Shown here piece by piece: positions 10,113 through 19,471 of a DNA stretch of 61,457 nt. The DNA is from Candidatus Thalassarchaeum sp. GTDB lineage: Archaea; Thermoplasmatota; Poseidoniia; Poseidoniales; Thalassarchaeaceae. How positions within the stretch are numbered: the first letter of the stretch is position 1; each line of letters starts with the position of its first letter. Below the pieces are notes generated by a model. It made no database searches and had not been told where the DNA came from. It saw only the letters and a program-made list of their open reading frames with translations. The stretch lies in NCBI GenBank assembly GCA_022451235.1, contig JAKUOA010000008.1:49584-111040 (forward strand). Direction: 5' to 3'. The translations under genes and the position numbers were made by a program.

Positions 10113-10718
10113 TTGGAAAGTACTCTTGAATATCCTTGTCCAATTTGTAATTCGGAGGAAGGGCTAACTCTGTCTGTTCACACCTCAGAAATAGCATACT
10201 TTGGCGAACATACTGAAATGACAATAATATGCAACCAATGTGGATGGAGAAATACTGATTTCATTCCATCGGAGGGAAAGAAACCCAGTGTTTGGTCACT
10301 CATTATCGATAAATCTGAGTTAATGACAACACGTGTGGTTAGGTCTTCATCTTGCACTGTAAGAATTGTTGAACTGGGATTAGAAGTAGAACCTGGTGAC
10401 AATGCGACAGGATATATTTCCAATGTAGAAGGAGTGCTCAACCGTTTTTCTGATGCTATTGCAATGATTCAGCGTAGTGCAATGCGAGATGGAAATGAAG
10501 GATTGGAAAAAGTTGAATCTTGTCAAGAGTTAATTGATAGTATTGCAAGAATTAAGGAAGGGGAAGAGTCTGTAGAACTATTGTTACTTGACCCAAATGG
10601 ACATTCTCAAATCCTAAACGAATCGGCCACGTCAACAGAGTTATCCGAAGAAGAAATTGAAACCTTAGCAATAGGGCCTCAAATACCAATTTTTGATTCA
10701 GAGGATCTTGCTACTTGA
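10113..10718 (+). CDS. ZPR1-type zinc finger protein
   Basis: CPICNS...CNQCGW four-Cys finger followed by a ZPR1-like beta domain. TTG start preceded by GAGGTGGAG. Confidence 0.7.
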   Translation: MESTLEYPCPICNSEEGLTLSVHTSEIAYFGEHTEMTIICNQCGWRNTDFIPSEGKKPSVWSLIIDKSELMTTRVVRSSSCTVRIVELGLEVEPGDNATGYISNVEGVLNRFSDAIAMIQRSAMRDGNEGLEKVESCQELIDSIARIKEGEESVELLLLDPNGHSQILNESATSTELSEEEIETLAIGPQIPIFDSEDLAT

Positions 10719-10721
10719 ACC

Positions 10722-12122
10722 TCACAAGGCATCTGAGGCAAGGAATTCATCAAGGCGATCTTCCCACATATCTCTCTTATCGGCTAATTCAGAAAGCCAT
10801 GCGCTTGCTCTATCGATACAAATTTGTTTCATTTCTCCAGCCAATAGTTTGCCGGATTCGTAATCTCTGGCAATTCTTGTTAATTCAGAGTCGTCCTCTT
10901 CAAAGAAGAATTGTAAATATTGGAATGCAACATCCTTAGAACAATCACCACCGAGCCTTCGATGTTCCTCAACTGTTGGTTGACCACCACTAAATGCCCG
11001 CTTTACCTTCTTGCTCATTTCTTCATGAGTGTCGTCCATGAAAATTGTAGTTTGAGGTTTCGAGGATGACATCTTGTCTCCAGTCAGCCCTATTGCAAAC
11101 CTGTGGTAGGTAGAACTTGGAGGCATAAGACCCATTCCACCCATTTCACGTTCTAGGCGAAGTAAACACATTCGGACTTGAGCAACATCTGATGTATTTG
11201 CGCCGGGAATGTCTAAGGTTCCATGTTTTGGATTTGATATTAAATCGGAGTAACCCATTGGAGCTAATGATGCCTTGAGTCTTTCAAAAATCGATTCCCT
11301 GACTTGGCGATCGACTTTACCATTTGCAGACACTCCAAATACTTCTGAGTTACTATTCTGCACGGATAGAGAAACTGTCAAACCCCCTGCTTTTCTTGCT
11401 TTTACGTTAAACCAATGAGTTTTGCCTGCAATACCTCTAGTAAGTCGCAAATGAGGGTCTTGGTCCACGCCAACAGGAACGACAATCGGGCGCAGGCCTC
11501 CGAATTCTTCCAGTTGTGGGTGAATTATATCACCTGCCTGAACCAAGGGTGCTTGGACATGTGCTAAATTCGTATCACCTTTGAATCCGTAAATCGCTTC
11601 AAATTCTGAAAGGTTTGTTCTACGTCCCAAGGTAAATGCAAGCCTCTGAACTTCGGGGCGGCCACTTTGAAAATATACATTGGTAGTTTTTGGATTAAGG
11701 CCGAGTGCAGCGTAGTTGTGAACATATTCCTTCAGTGCGGTTTGCCTACCTTCTTCTAGGCTAGTTCCTCTAGTTGCTAAGGCTTCAAGGTCGGCTACTG
11801 TTACAGTGATGTCTGCACCTTGTTCCTGAAACCACCTTACTTGCTCGATAACCATGGAATGGCCGAGATGCATCCTGCCGCTAGGCATTAGGCCAGTCAA
11901 TACACCAAATGGATCAGAACGCTCCATACATCCGGTAACTACGTCGAGGTCCCTGTGTGCAAAGATAATTCCTCTACGATGCAACATACTTGGATTCGGA
12001 ATTCGCGAAATATCGATGCTTTCTAGGCCGAATTGGTCCCGTATTCGAGCATAATCTGTAGATTGCTCTGAAGACCAAGGATCGATGCGAGCGGTGTCTT
12101 CCACGACCTCACGTGAATGCAC
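10722..12122 (-). CDS. trpS: Tryptophan--tRNA ligase (archaeal/eukaryotic type)
   Basis: Class I motifs HLGH (SGRMHLGHS) and KMSSSKP. At 466 aa it is too long for archaeal TyrRS. Confidence 0.7.
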   Translation of the reverse strand: MHSREVVEDTARIDPWSSEQSTDYARIRDQFGLESIDISRIPNPSMLHRRGIIFAHRDLDVVTGCMERSDPFGVLTGLMPSGRMHLGHSMVIEQVRWFQEQGADITVTVADLEALATRGTSLEEGRQTALKEYVHNYAALGLNPKTTNVYFQSGRPEVQRLAFTLGRRTNLSEFEAIYGFKGDTNLAHVQAPLVQAGDIIHPQLEEFGGLRPIVVPVGVDQDPHLRLTRGIAGKTHWFNVKARKAGGLTVSLSVQNSNSEVFGVSANGKVDRQVRESIFERLKASLAPMGYSDLISNPKHGTLDIPGANTSDVAQVRMCLLRLEREMGGMGLMPPSSTYHRFAIGLTGDKMSSSKPQTTIFMDDTHEEMSKKVKRAFSGGQPTVEEHRRLGGDCSKDVAFQYLQFFFEEDDSELTRIARDYESGKLLAGEMKQICIDRASAWLSELADKRDMWEDRLDEFLASDAL

Positions 12123-12203
12123 TCCTCAATCAACTAATCGCCCATATAATGCGACAAATGCTCGACTGCAACTAATCAAGAACTAAACCGGCTTGGGGTA
12201 ATT

Positions 12204-13265
12204 ATGGCGGTTGTGCATTGTCTAGGAACTGGATTGGTCGGTGCATGGGTTGCAAAGCGTCTAGCAACACTTGGACACGAAGTTCACGCCTATGACCTTG
12301 AACCGCATCGAGTCATGGGGATTGATGGAATTACGGTGCATCCAGGAGATGTATTGGATAATTTAATGTCAATCAGCAATAATGCTCATGTTGACATGGT
12401 TGTGAATATGTTACCGGGCGATATTGGGCATATGGCAACGACAGATCTCGCTGAAAGTAGGTATCGCGTGGTGGATTTAAGTTTCAGTGAACATACACCC
12501 GATAGAGATAATCAAAAGGCTCAGGATTACGGAGCCAGAATCCTTTGGGATGTTGGTATAGCACCGGGTTTATCGAATATGTTGCTAGCCTTCGCGGATA
12601 GGAAAATTGGACCTTTGGAAAAAGCTGAAGTTTGGGTAGGTGGAAACCCAACCGGGCCCTATGGTGAATGGAAGTATATGGCACCATTTTCCCCTGTAGA
12701 TGTAATTGCAGAATATACTAGACCGGCAAGGGTGATTAGAGAAGGAGAAGAGGTGATTCTTCCTGCGTTAACCCAACGTCATATGATAGATACCGGAGAA
12801 CATGGCGAAATGGAGGCATTTCTTACAGATGGTTTACGTTCCGTGCTGAAATCTATTCCTGCATTTGAAATGTCTGAATTCACCGTACGATGGCCGGGTC
12901 ATATTCAGAAATTTATAGACGAAAGGGAAACTGGAGAATTGAATGAAGAGGAATTAATTTGGGAGTGGAATTATGATCATAAAATTCCTGAATTTACTTG
13001 GATGAAGGTTAGAACTCAGTCAAGAACCGGTGAAGTCATGGAATGGGAAGTTGAGGATCATGGAGGCGATGATGGTCATTCTATGGCCCGAGCAACCGGA
13101 ATGGTGACTGCATGTTGTGTAGAAGCATGGTTGAAAAATCCAGATATGTTACCTGTAGGTGTCCACGCACCAGAAGCATTGGGTAACCATACAATTTCCC
13201 AAATAATACGCGCTATGAAACTCAATAACGTACGAATAGATGGCCCCGAAATATCGTTTGACTAG
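12204..13265 (+). CDS. Saccharopine dehydrogenase-family NAD(P)-binding oxidoreductase
   Basis: N-terminal Rossmann VHCLGTGLVGAWVAKRL. Size and C-terminal domain are consistent with the family; substrate unknown. Confidence 0.55.
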   Translation: MAVVHCLGTGLVGAWVAKRLATLGHEVHAYDLEPHRVMGIDGITVHPGDVLDNLMSISNNAHVDMVVNMLPGDIGHMATTDLAESRYRVVDLSFSEHTPDRDNQKAQDYGARILWDVGIAPGLSNMLLAFADRKIGPLEKAEVWVGGNPTGPYGEWKYMAPFSPVDVIAEYTRPARVIREGEEVILPALTQRHMIDTGEHGEMEAFLTDGLRSVLKSIPAFEMSEFTVRWPGHIQKFIDERETGELNEEELIWEWNYDHKIPEFTWMKVRTQSRTGEVMEWEVEDHGGDDGHSMARATGMVTACCVEAWLKNPDMLPVGVHAPEALGNHTISQIIRAMKLNNVRIDGPEISFD

Positions 13266-13297
13266 TTGGAATGTTTTGTTTTGAGTAATGGTTGATT

Positions 13298-14410
13298 TCA
13301 CCATTGTTCGTTGTCTTCTTGATCGCGAGCTACCACCCATTTGATAGCAATTGGAGTCGCGATTAATACGGCTACAGCAAAAATAGGTAATCTCCAATCC
13401 ACCTCGAGCGACGCAGGACGTTCAATTAACCAAGTAAATCTAAGTGGAGAATTATGAAAATCTGAAGTCCAATCATGCAAGTTTGTGACGTGGTGGCCAA
13501 CCACACTAACAGAATGATGTAATCCATTGAAAGTTGACTGTGGAGTATGAGTTACAGAAACATTTTCTGATTCGAAAATGAAATCCACGGAAACACCAGG
13601 AGCAACAGTAACAAACGCGCCTCCTTCAACGGGACGAACTCCTGTCAACAAGTGTTTTTGATCACTAGCAATAATCGGAGCATCCTGCCCATCGAATTGG
13701 ATATTAAGAGGTGCTTCTGACCATTCAAAGAATGCAGTTCCTGGAACCTCCCATGAAGTTTGTTCGGATGTAGAAATACGGTATGTTTTCATGTTTGAAT
13801 CATTGATTAATATGTGTTCAAAAAACTCTCCAGATTCTTTGTGACCGTGCCACTCCCCCCAAGTGGTGAACCATACATCCTGAGATTTCAGTAAAGAAAT
13901 AGCACCTTTATCCTCTCTGATATTGACATCATACCACCTTGCAATCCAGTAAATACTGACTAGACTGTCTTGCTCAGCATCTTCCAAGGCTGATATATTG
14001 GCTTGGCCTTTTTCTAGGCTGGTTATACGCTGTACCGCGTGTAAACCATAGGTATCACCTTCAATTCTATCTCCAATAATTGAAAATCCCGCTTCGGATA
14101 TCGTATTAGCAACATTTTCTGTCACCGGACCATTGGGGTGACCGAATGAAATGGGCTGAGAGCCCCAACGTGAAGCATCAGTAAATCGGTTAAGGTAATC
14201 TCGACATTCCTCGACCACCCAGAGTTCTTCCCTAACATCTACTCCTTCAAAACCATGACAGCCAAATTCATCTCCAAGTTCTAACCTTTCTGGCCCTATT
14301 ATATTACGAAGCCAATTATCATCATCCCATTCTGCAACAACTGTAGGGGCTGTTATTGGTAGCAAAATTATGCTACATATAAGCAAGCCGAGTACTCTAC
14401 GTGTGTGCAC
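13298..14410 (-). CDS. Exported protein with a C-terminal membrane anchor, function unknown
   Basis: N-terminal signal-like helix, C-terminal TM helix LPIFAVAVLIATPIAIKWVV followed by an acidic tail. Confidence 0.5.
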   Translation of the reverse strand: MHTRRVLGLLICSIILLPITAPTVVAEWDDDNWLRNIIGPERLELGDEFGCHGFEGVDVREELWVVEECRDYLNRFTDASRWGSQPISFGHPNGPVTENVANTISEAGFSIIGDRIEGDTYGLHAVQRITSLEKGQANISALEDAEQDSLVSIYWIARWYDVNIREDKGAISLLKSQDVWFTTWGEWHGHKESGEFFEHILINDSNMKTYRISTSEQTSWEVPGTAFFEWSEAPLNIQFDGQDAPIIASDQKHLLTGVRPVEGGAFVTVAPGVSVDFIFESENVSVTHTPQSTFNGLHHSVSVVGHHVTNLHDWTSDFHNSPLRFTWLIERPASLEVDWRLPIFAVAVLIATPIAIKWVVARDQEDNEQW

Positions 14411-14469
14411 AACATTGGGGCGTGGTATGTATCAGAAGAAGGCATCGTAGTAACGCAAAGCAATAATGT

Positions 14470-15267
14470 ATGGCAGTAGTCGCAGGAGCGATGGCCGGAC
14501 TATCATCGGATTCTTTGGAAACGGTTGCCAATTTGACCGGATTACAGGGTACTGGCGATTCCCATGAAACTCCAATGTTTTACAAAGGCTTGATGCAATT
14601 AACACCTGCATTGGTTAGGACCATTACCAATGTTAGTTATTGCGGGGTCGAAAGAATCCCCAAACACGGGCCAACAATCTTAGTTGGTAATCACACATCC
14701 CACATTGATCCTATTATCAAAATAATGGGAGCGAAGAGGCCTGTCCATTATCTTGCAAAAGCAGAGCATTTCGAAGACAAAAAATTTCAGAAATTAATGA
14801 CGTCGACGGGGCAGATAGAAACTTTTCGAGAATCGGGAGGAGTTGAGGCATTAGCAAGTGCAGTTGACGTACTATTGAGTGGAAATGTTATGGGCATTTT
14901 TCCTGAAGGAACCCGATCTAGATCTGATAAACCACCTTACCTTTCTAGAGGTAAGACTGGTGTGGCTCGATTAGCTGCTAGATTTCCTGAAGTTCCTGTT
15001 GTACCAATGGCAATTATTGGTGCACGAAAGTTCATGGCACCTGGCTCCGCAATCGTCAACCCATTGGCAAAAGTGCAAGTCAATATCGATAACCCCATCA
15101 CCTTCGGTAATTGGTTAGCAGATGAAGATGGAGGGAATATGTCTGATGAAGACATTTCGAATATAGCTAAATTAGACGAAGATGGTCAAAGATCAGTGAT
15201 GAAATCACACTACAGGAGATTCACCGACCAATTAATTGAGAATCTCAGGATTTTAGGTGCACCCTGA
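14470..15267 (+). CDS. PlsC-family acyltransferase (1-acyl-sn-glycerol-3-phosphate acyltransferase-like)
   Basis: HX4D motif NHTSHIDP and FPEGTRS motif. Confidence 0.8.
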   Translation: MAVVAGAMAGLSSDSLETVANLTGLQGTGDSHETPMFYKGLMQLTPALVRTITNVSYCGVERIPKHGPTILVGNHTSHIDPIIKIMGAKRPVHYLAKAEHFEDKKFQKLMTSTGQIETFRESGGVEALASAVDVLLSGNVMGIFPEGTRSRSDKPPYLSRGKTGVARLAARFPEVPVVPMAIIGARKFMAPGSAIVNPLAKVQVNIDNPITFGNWLADEDGGNMSDEDISNIAKLDEDGQRSVMKSHYRRFTDQLIENLRILGAP

Positions 15268-15348
15268 CTCCCATCCAGTGAATCAAAGATTTGAGTTAAC
15301 ACATCCGCATCCTTCATGGACTTCGGCGGTTCTGTCCATTTAGTCGAC

Positions 15349-16143
15349 ATGGAGCAATACCTAGCATTCCTCGAACGAATCCTCGAAGAAGGAGTAGAGA
15401 AATCAGACCGTACAGGTACAGGAACAATATCTCTTTTCGGTCATCAAATGCGATTCGATCTTTCCGAATCCTTTCCGGCAGTCACAACAAAAAAACTCCA
15501 TTGGCCTAGCATTATACATGAACTGTTGTGGTTTTTATCAGGCGAAACGAATGTGGCTTATCTGCAGGAAAATAATGTTCGCATATGGAATGAATGGGCC
15601 AATGAGGATGGAGATCTTGGGCCCGTTTATGGAAAACAATGGAGAAAATGGGAAGCAAATGATGGTAGGGTCGTAGACCAAATAAAAAACGCTATTGAGA
15701 TGATAAAAGAAAATCCAAATTCTCGTAGAATTATTGTTTCCGCTTGGAATGTCGGGGAATTAGAAGATATGGCTTTGATGCCTTGCCATGCATTTTTCCA
15801 ATTCTATGTTAATGAAGGGAAATTATCTTGTCAATTATACCAAAGAAGTGCTGATGCATTCCTTGGTGTTCCATTCAATATTTCCTCATACAGTCTTCTA
15901 ACTTGTATGATGGCCCAAGTATGTAATTTGCAACCCGGCGAATTTGTGTGGACTGGCGGAGATTGCCACTTGTATCTTAACCACTTGGAGCAAGCCAAGG
16001 AACAAATTTCTAGGGAACCACTTCCTATGCCTCAACTCAAGTTAGATGAGACTATTTTCGACATTGATGGTTTTACTGCTGAGAGTATTGAAATTCTCAA
16101 TTATGAACATCACCCTCATATTTCGGCACCAATATCTGTTTGA
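15349..16143 (+). CDS. thyA: Thymidylate synthase (ThyA type)
   Basis: DRTGTGT, LPPCH-like [11 protein letters not shown] and [12 protein letters not shown] motifs. The ATG at 15349 (MEQYLAFL) fits canonical length better than the track start. Confidence 0.9.
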   Translation: MEQYLAFLERILEEGVEKSDRTGTGTISLFGHQMRFDLSESFPAVTTKKLHWPSIIHELLWFLSGETNVAYLQENNVRIWNEWANEDGDLGPVYGKQWRKWEANDGRVVDQIKNAIEMIKENPNSRRIIVSAWNVGELEDMALMPCHAFFQFYVNEGKLSCQLYQRSADAFLGVPFNISSYSLLTCMMAQVCNLQPGEFVWTGGDCHLYLNHLEQAKEQISREPLPMPQLKLDETIFDIDGFTAESIEILNYEHHPHISAPISV

Positions 16144-16152
16144 GGTAATAGT

Positions 16153-16662
16153 ATGCGAATGGCGATGATTGTAGCGATGGATGAAGATGGCTGTATAGGA
16201 AGAGGTGAAGGCCTTCCATGGCGTTTGGCCTCTGATATGACTCGATTCAAACAATTGACTGAAGGAGATGGGTTTAATGCTGTAATAATGGGAAGAAAAA
16301 CGTGGGATTCACTTCCCGAGCAATATCGACCATTACCTGAACGATTGAACATCGTCATGTCAAGAGATACCGGATGGGAAGAAGATGGGGCAGAGACCGC
16401 TCTATACATCGGTCGGGCCATAGAAATCGCCTATGCGGATGGTTGCGAAGAATGCTGGATTATTGGCGGTGCCCAGATTTACCAGATGTTTCTTGATCGT
16501 GTAAATGAAATTCATGTTACAACGGTTCAAACCACAAAGAGTGGCGAAGTAAAATTTCCAGAATGGAATCGTGCTGAATGGTCTGAGGAGATATTAGAAA
16601 AATTGCAATCGGACTCTAATAATGAATACGACACTACATATTCAATCTGGACTAGGCGATGA
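16153..16662 (+). CDS. folA: Dihydrofolate reductase
   Basis: MIVAMDEDGCIGRGEGLPWRLASDMTRFKQLT and IIGGAQIY motifs, immediately downstream of thyA. Confidence 0.9.
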   Translation: MRMAMIVAMDEDGCIGRGEGLPWRLASDMTRFKQLTEGDGFNAVIMGRKTWDSLPEQYRPLPERLNIVMSRDTGWEEDGAETALYIGRAIEIAYADGCEECWIIGGAQIYQMFLDRVNEIHVTTVQTTKSGEVKFPEWNRAEWSEEILEKLQSDSNNEYDTTYSIWTRR

Positions 16663-16663
16663 T

Positions 16664-17065
16664 ATGAATTTTCGCGGCTTATTCGCAATCTTAGGCGGTT
16701 CCTTTTTCGTTTATGTGGGAGTATTACATTTCACAGATACTGAATGGTTCGAGCCAATTGTACCACCATTCCTTGGTTCTGCTGAATTTTGGGTAATCGC
16801 AAGTGGCGTGGTTGAAATTCTAGTAGGCGTTATGCTGATTATTCCCTCCATAAGATGGATGGGGGGATTTGCCAGCGCTACTTTGTTGATTGGCCTATAT
16901 CCTGCCAATCTATACATGTGGGTTAATTCTGTTGAATTGGGAGATGGGGCGTCGTTATCTCAGACCGGGAATCTAGTAAGGCTTGTATTGCAATTAGGTG
17001 GAATTTGGATTAGCCTGTGGATAGCAGAATATGAAATTGAAAAGGCACTAGAAAACTCGCATTAA
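16664..17065 (+). CDS. Small four-helix membrane protein (DoxX-like)
   Basis: The ATG at 16664 directly follows the folA stop. Four hydrophobic helices; family call is tentative. Confidence 0.45.
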   Translation: MNFRGLFAILGGSFFVYVGVLHFTDTEWFEPIVPPFLGSAEFWVIASGVVEILVGVMLIIPSIRWMGGFASATLLIGLYPANLYMWVNSVELGDGASLSQTGNLVRLVLQLGGIWISLWIAEYEIEKALENSH

Positions 17066-17108
17066 TCATATTTTCAGAAATGCTGGGTTAAACTTAATCT
17101 CCTTCACA

Positions 17109-18554
17109 ATGTATCGATTACCAATGGTTAGTAGCCCCGAGGTCCAATTCGGTGAGGGAGGTGGTTTTGATTTCACTACACCAAGTGGATTTGTGATTAT
17201 TCCTTGGGTTTTTTCCTTGCTTTTGATAGTCTTTGGGCTAAGTGGCACCGTAGAAGGTCTAGTCACTAACGAGTGGGGGGTTGTAGGGTTAAGTGGGTGT
17301 TTTGTCATTCCAGGTTGCTTACTAGGGATGTGGCTAACTCCTACAAAATTACAAAAGGAATTTGAAAAAATCAGGATAGAGGAGAAACCCAGGGATTTTG
17401 TCCACCGTTCTGAAACTGGAGGATCCACAGGAAGTTTCTGGACCGGACAAAATTCTCATAGCCCAAAAAAAGACGATAGAGGGTGGGTTTTCCAAGCCCC
17501 TGGTCCGGAGTACTGGGACAAAGTAGACCCATATGGGCCAGACGATAGTGGAATTATTCCTGAACATCCTACCGTTGTAGGCACTCCAAAGCCTGCAAGT
17601 TTTTCCTTTGATGGTGTATTAATGTGTATTATCGCTCTATTCTCAATCCCGGCTACAATGGCCTCAGTAATGGCGGGATTAGCAATGATCGAGACGGGTG
17701 TGGATGAGGAGTTCGGTGCTTTCGCCTGTGCATTGATTGTGGGGCCAGCCATTGGGTCCGTGCTATTTGCAATTACTAGTTGGTCCATGGGAACTAAAAT
17801 GCAGCTGACGATTGATGTTCCAACTTCAAAAATTAGGTCCATGGCTGCTGGTGAATTAGAGCTTGTAGGCCAAGTTCGAAGGTGGACTTCTCCCGCGCCG
17901 CCTGTTCTGGTTGGAGATGATCCTGCACGTACTTACAATGACCTACATTCATGGAGATGGAAGTACGAAATATATCTCAGAAGAACGAGGGTGGTGATGA
18001 CCGATGATGGCCCTCGTACCAAAACCGAATACAGATGGGAGACAATTAAAGAGAAAAAAGGCGGTCATAATTTCATACTTCATGATGGAACTGGAGGAGT
18101 ACTTGTAAAACCTAAAAAGTTCGAAAATCAAGAACTTGGCACCTATATTCGTAAGTGGGAAGTAGATCATAATCGTAACTTAGGAGAAATTTTTGGTTCA
18201 CTAATAACTACTACTTTTGGTGGATGGACGATACTTGAGCATAAATGGACATTATGGGGGTTGGCTTTAGGGGACCCTTGTTACATCTTAGGAAAGGCCG
18301 AAAATCGGTCTAAGGATATGAAGAAAGAAGAATGGTTTGCTGAAGATGGTATTACACCTATACGAAGAAATGATCAACAGCTCTTGATGCAAGTTGTAGG
18401 TGAAAGTGGAGTAGGGTTCGCTGCAAGATTGGAAAGAGGAAGTGAACTGGGAGTACTTGGAAAGGTAAAGTCTCAGTTTGAATACAAGATAATCCCTGGA
18501 GTAATAGCCGCAGGTTGTTTGATGGGAACCTATCTTGCATATGCAAATTATTGA
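17109..18554 (+). CDS. Membrane protein with a GIDE-like (MUL1-type) domain
   Basis: N-terminal and central TM helices, then a beta-rich region (AAGELELVGQV...FILHDGTGGVLVKP) resembling prokaryotic GIDE domains. C-terminal TM. Next to lemA. Confidence 0.45.
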   Translation: MYRLPMVSSPEVQFGEGGGFDFTTPSGFVIIPWVFSLLLIVFGLSGTVEGLVTNEWGVVGLSGCFVIPGCLLGMWLTPTKLQKEFEKIRIEEKPRDFVHRSETGGSTGSFWTGQNSHSPKKDDRGWVFQAPGPEYWDKVDPYGPDDSGIIPEHPTVVGTPKPASFSFDGVLMCIIALFSIPATMASVMAGLAMIETGVDEEFGAFACALIVGPAIGSVLFAITSWSMGTKMQLTIDVPTSKIRSMAAGELELVGQVRRWTSPAPPVLVGDDPARTYNDLHSWRWKYEIYLRRTRVVMTDDGPRTKTEYRWETIKEKKGGHNFILHDGTGGVLVKPKKFENQELGTYIRKWEVDHNRNLGEIFGSLITTTFGGWTILEHKWTLWGLALGDPCYILGKAENRSKDMKKEEWFAEDGITPIRRNDQQLLMQVVGESGVGFAARLERGSELGVLGKVKSQFEYKIIPGVIAAGCLMGTYLAYANY

Positions 18555-18640
18555 TTTGTATCTGATAAATATTGAATGATAAGGGAGAAAAAAGCAAATT
18601 CCGGGTCAAAATTGATTACTAAAGGAGGTTTAGGATTACC

Positions 18641-19216
18641 ATGGAAGGCACTACCATTGCAATATATCTTGGTCTGGCAATTTTTGCACTAATTCTTGTA
18701 GGATGGTTCTTTAGCACCTGGAATAGATTAGTACGACTTGAGAAAGATGTTGACAGGGCTTGGGCAAATATCGATACACTGCTTCAACAAAGATATGACA
18801 TGATTCCAAACATGGTAAACATAGTAAAAGAATATGCAGACCATGAGAAGGAAATTTTTGGTGAATTGACAGAAGCAAGGAAAACCTTTGCAGCAGCATC
18901 TAGTTCAGGTGACGTCAGTGGCGTTATGGCTGCTGAATCTATGCTTTCCCAAGCCATGCCAAAATTATTGGCTCTATCAGAAGCATATCCTGATTTGAAA
19001 GCTAATACAAACTTCCTATCACTACAAGATGACTACAAAGAAATCGAAGATTCAGTGACTGATCAACGCCAATTATACAATAGTTCGGCAACTAATTTCA
19101 ACACTGCAATTGAGATTATACCAGACAGTATTGTTGCATCTTTCAAGGGCTGTAAAGAAAGAGTTCTCTACGAAGCGGATCAGGCTGCTCGAGGTTCTGT
19201 GAGCATAGAGTTCTGA
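18641..19216 (+). CDS. lemA: LemA family protein
   Basis: N-terminal TM, then WNRLVRLEKDVDRAWANIDTLLQQRYDMIPNMV, the characteristic LemA core. Confidence 0.85.
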   Translation: MEGTTIAIYLGLAIFALILVGWFFSTWNRLVRLEKDVDRAWANIDTLLQQRYDMIPNMVNIVKEYADHEKEIFGELTEARKTFAAASSSGDVSGVMAAESMLSQAMPKLLALSEAYPDLKANTNFLSLQDDYKEIEDSVTDQRQLYNSSATNFNTAIEIIPDSIVASFKGCKERVLYEADQAARGSVSIEF

Positions 19217-19228
19217 ATGATTTGCAAC

Positions 19229-19471
19229 TTATTTTATTGCTAAGATTGTCGATAGGTTTGACACCATCCAAAAAGAAGCAGCACCCAATTGTAACCAATC
19301 ACCAGGGCCCTCAATTCCGTATACAAATACACTGATAATCCAGCATAGACTTGCAAGTGTTTGTCCAAGCCATTGGATACTCAGGATTTTGCCTATTCGA
19401 GTCTCATTTTCCTTCAACAAGTCAAACACTCCTGTCCGCAACAGGATAAATCGTCTAAGTACATCCCCCAA
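19229..19471 (-). CDS. Possible small two-helix membrane protein
   Basis: 80-aa ORF whose first 58 nt overlap the 3' end of the upstream oxidoreductase gene. Hydrophobic, but support is weak. Confidence 0.3.
   Translation of the reverse strand: MGDVLRRFILLRTGVFDLLKENETRIGKILSIQWLGQTLASLCWIISVFVYGIEGPGDWLQLGAASFWMVSNLSTILAIK

Noticed and set aside
19229-19471. 80-aa ORF as a confident gene
   Set aside because: It is kept only as a low-confidence feature. It overlaps the upstream gene by 58 nt, has no alternative in-frame start that removes the overlap, and its only support is hydrophobicity.
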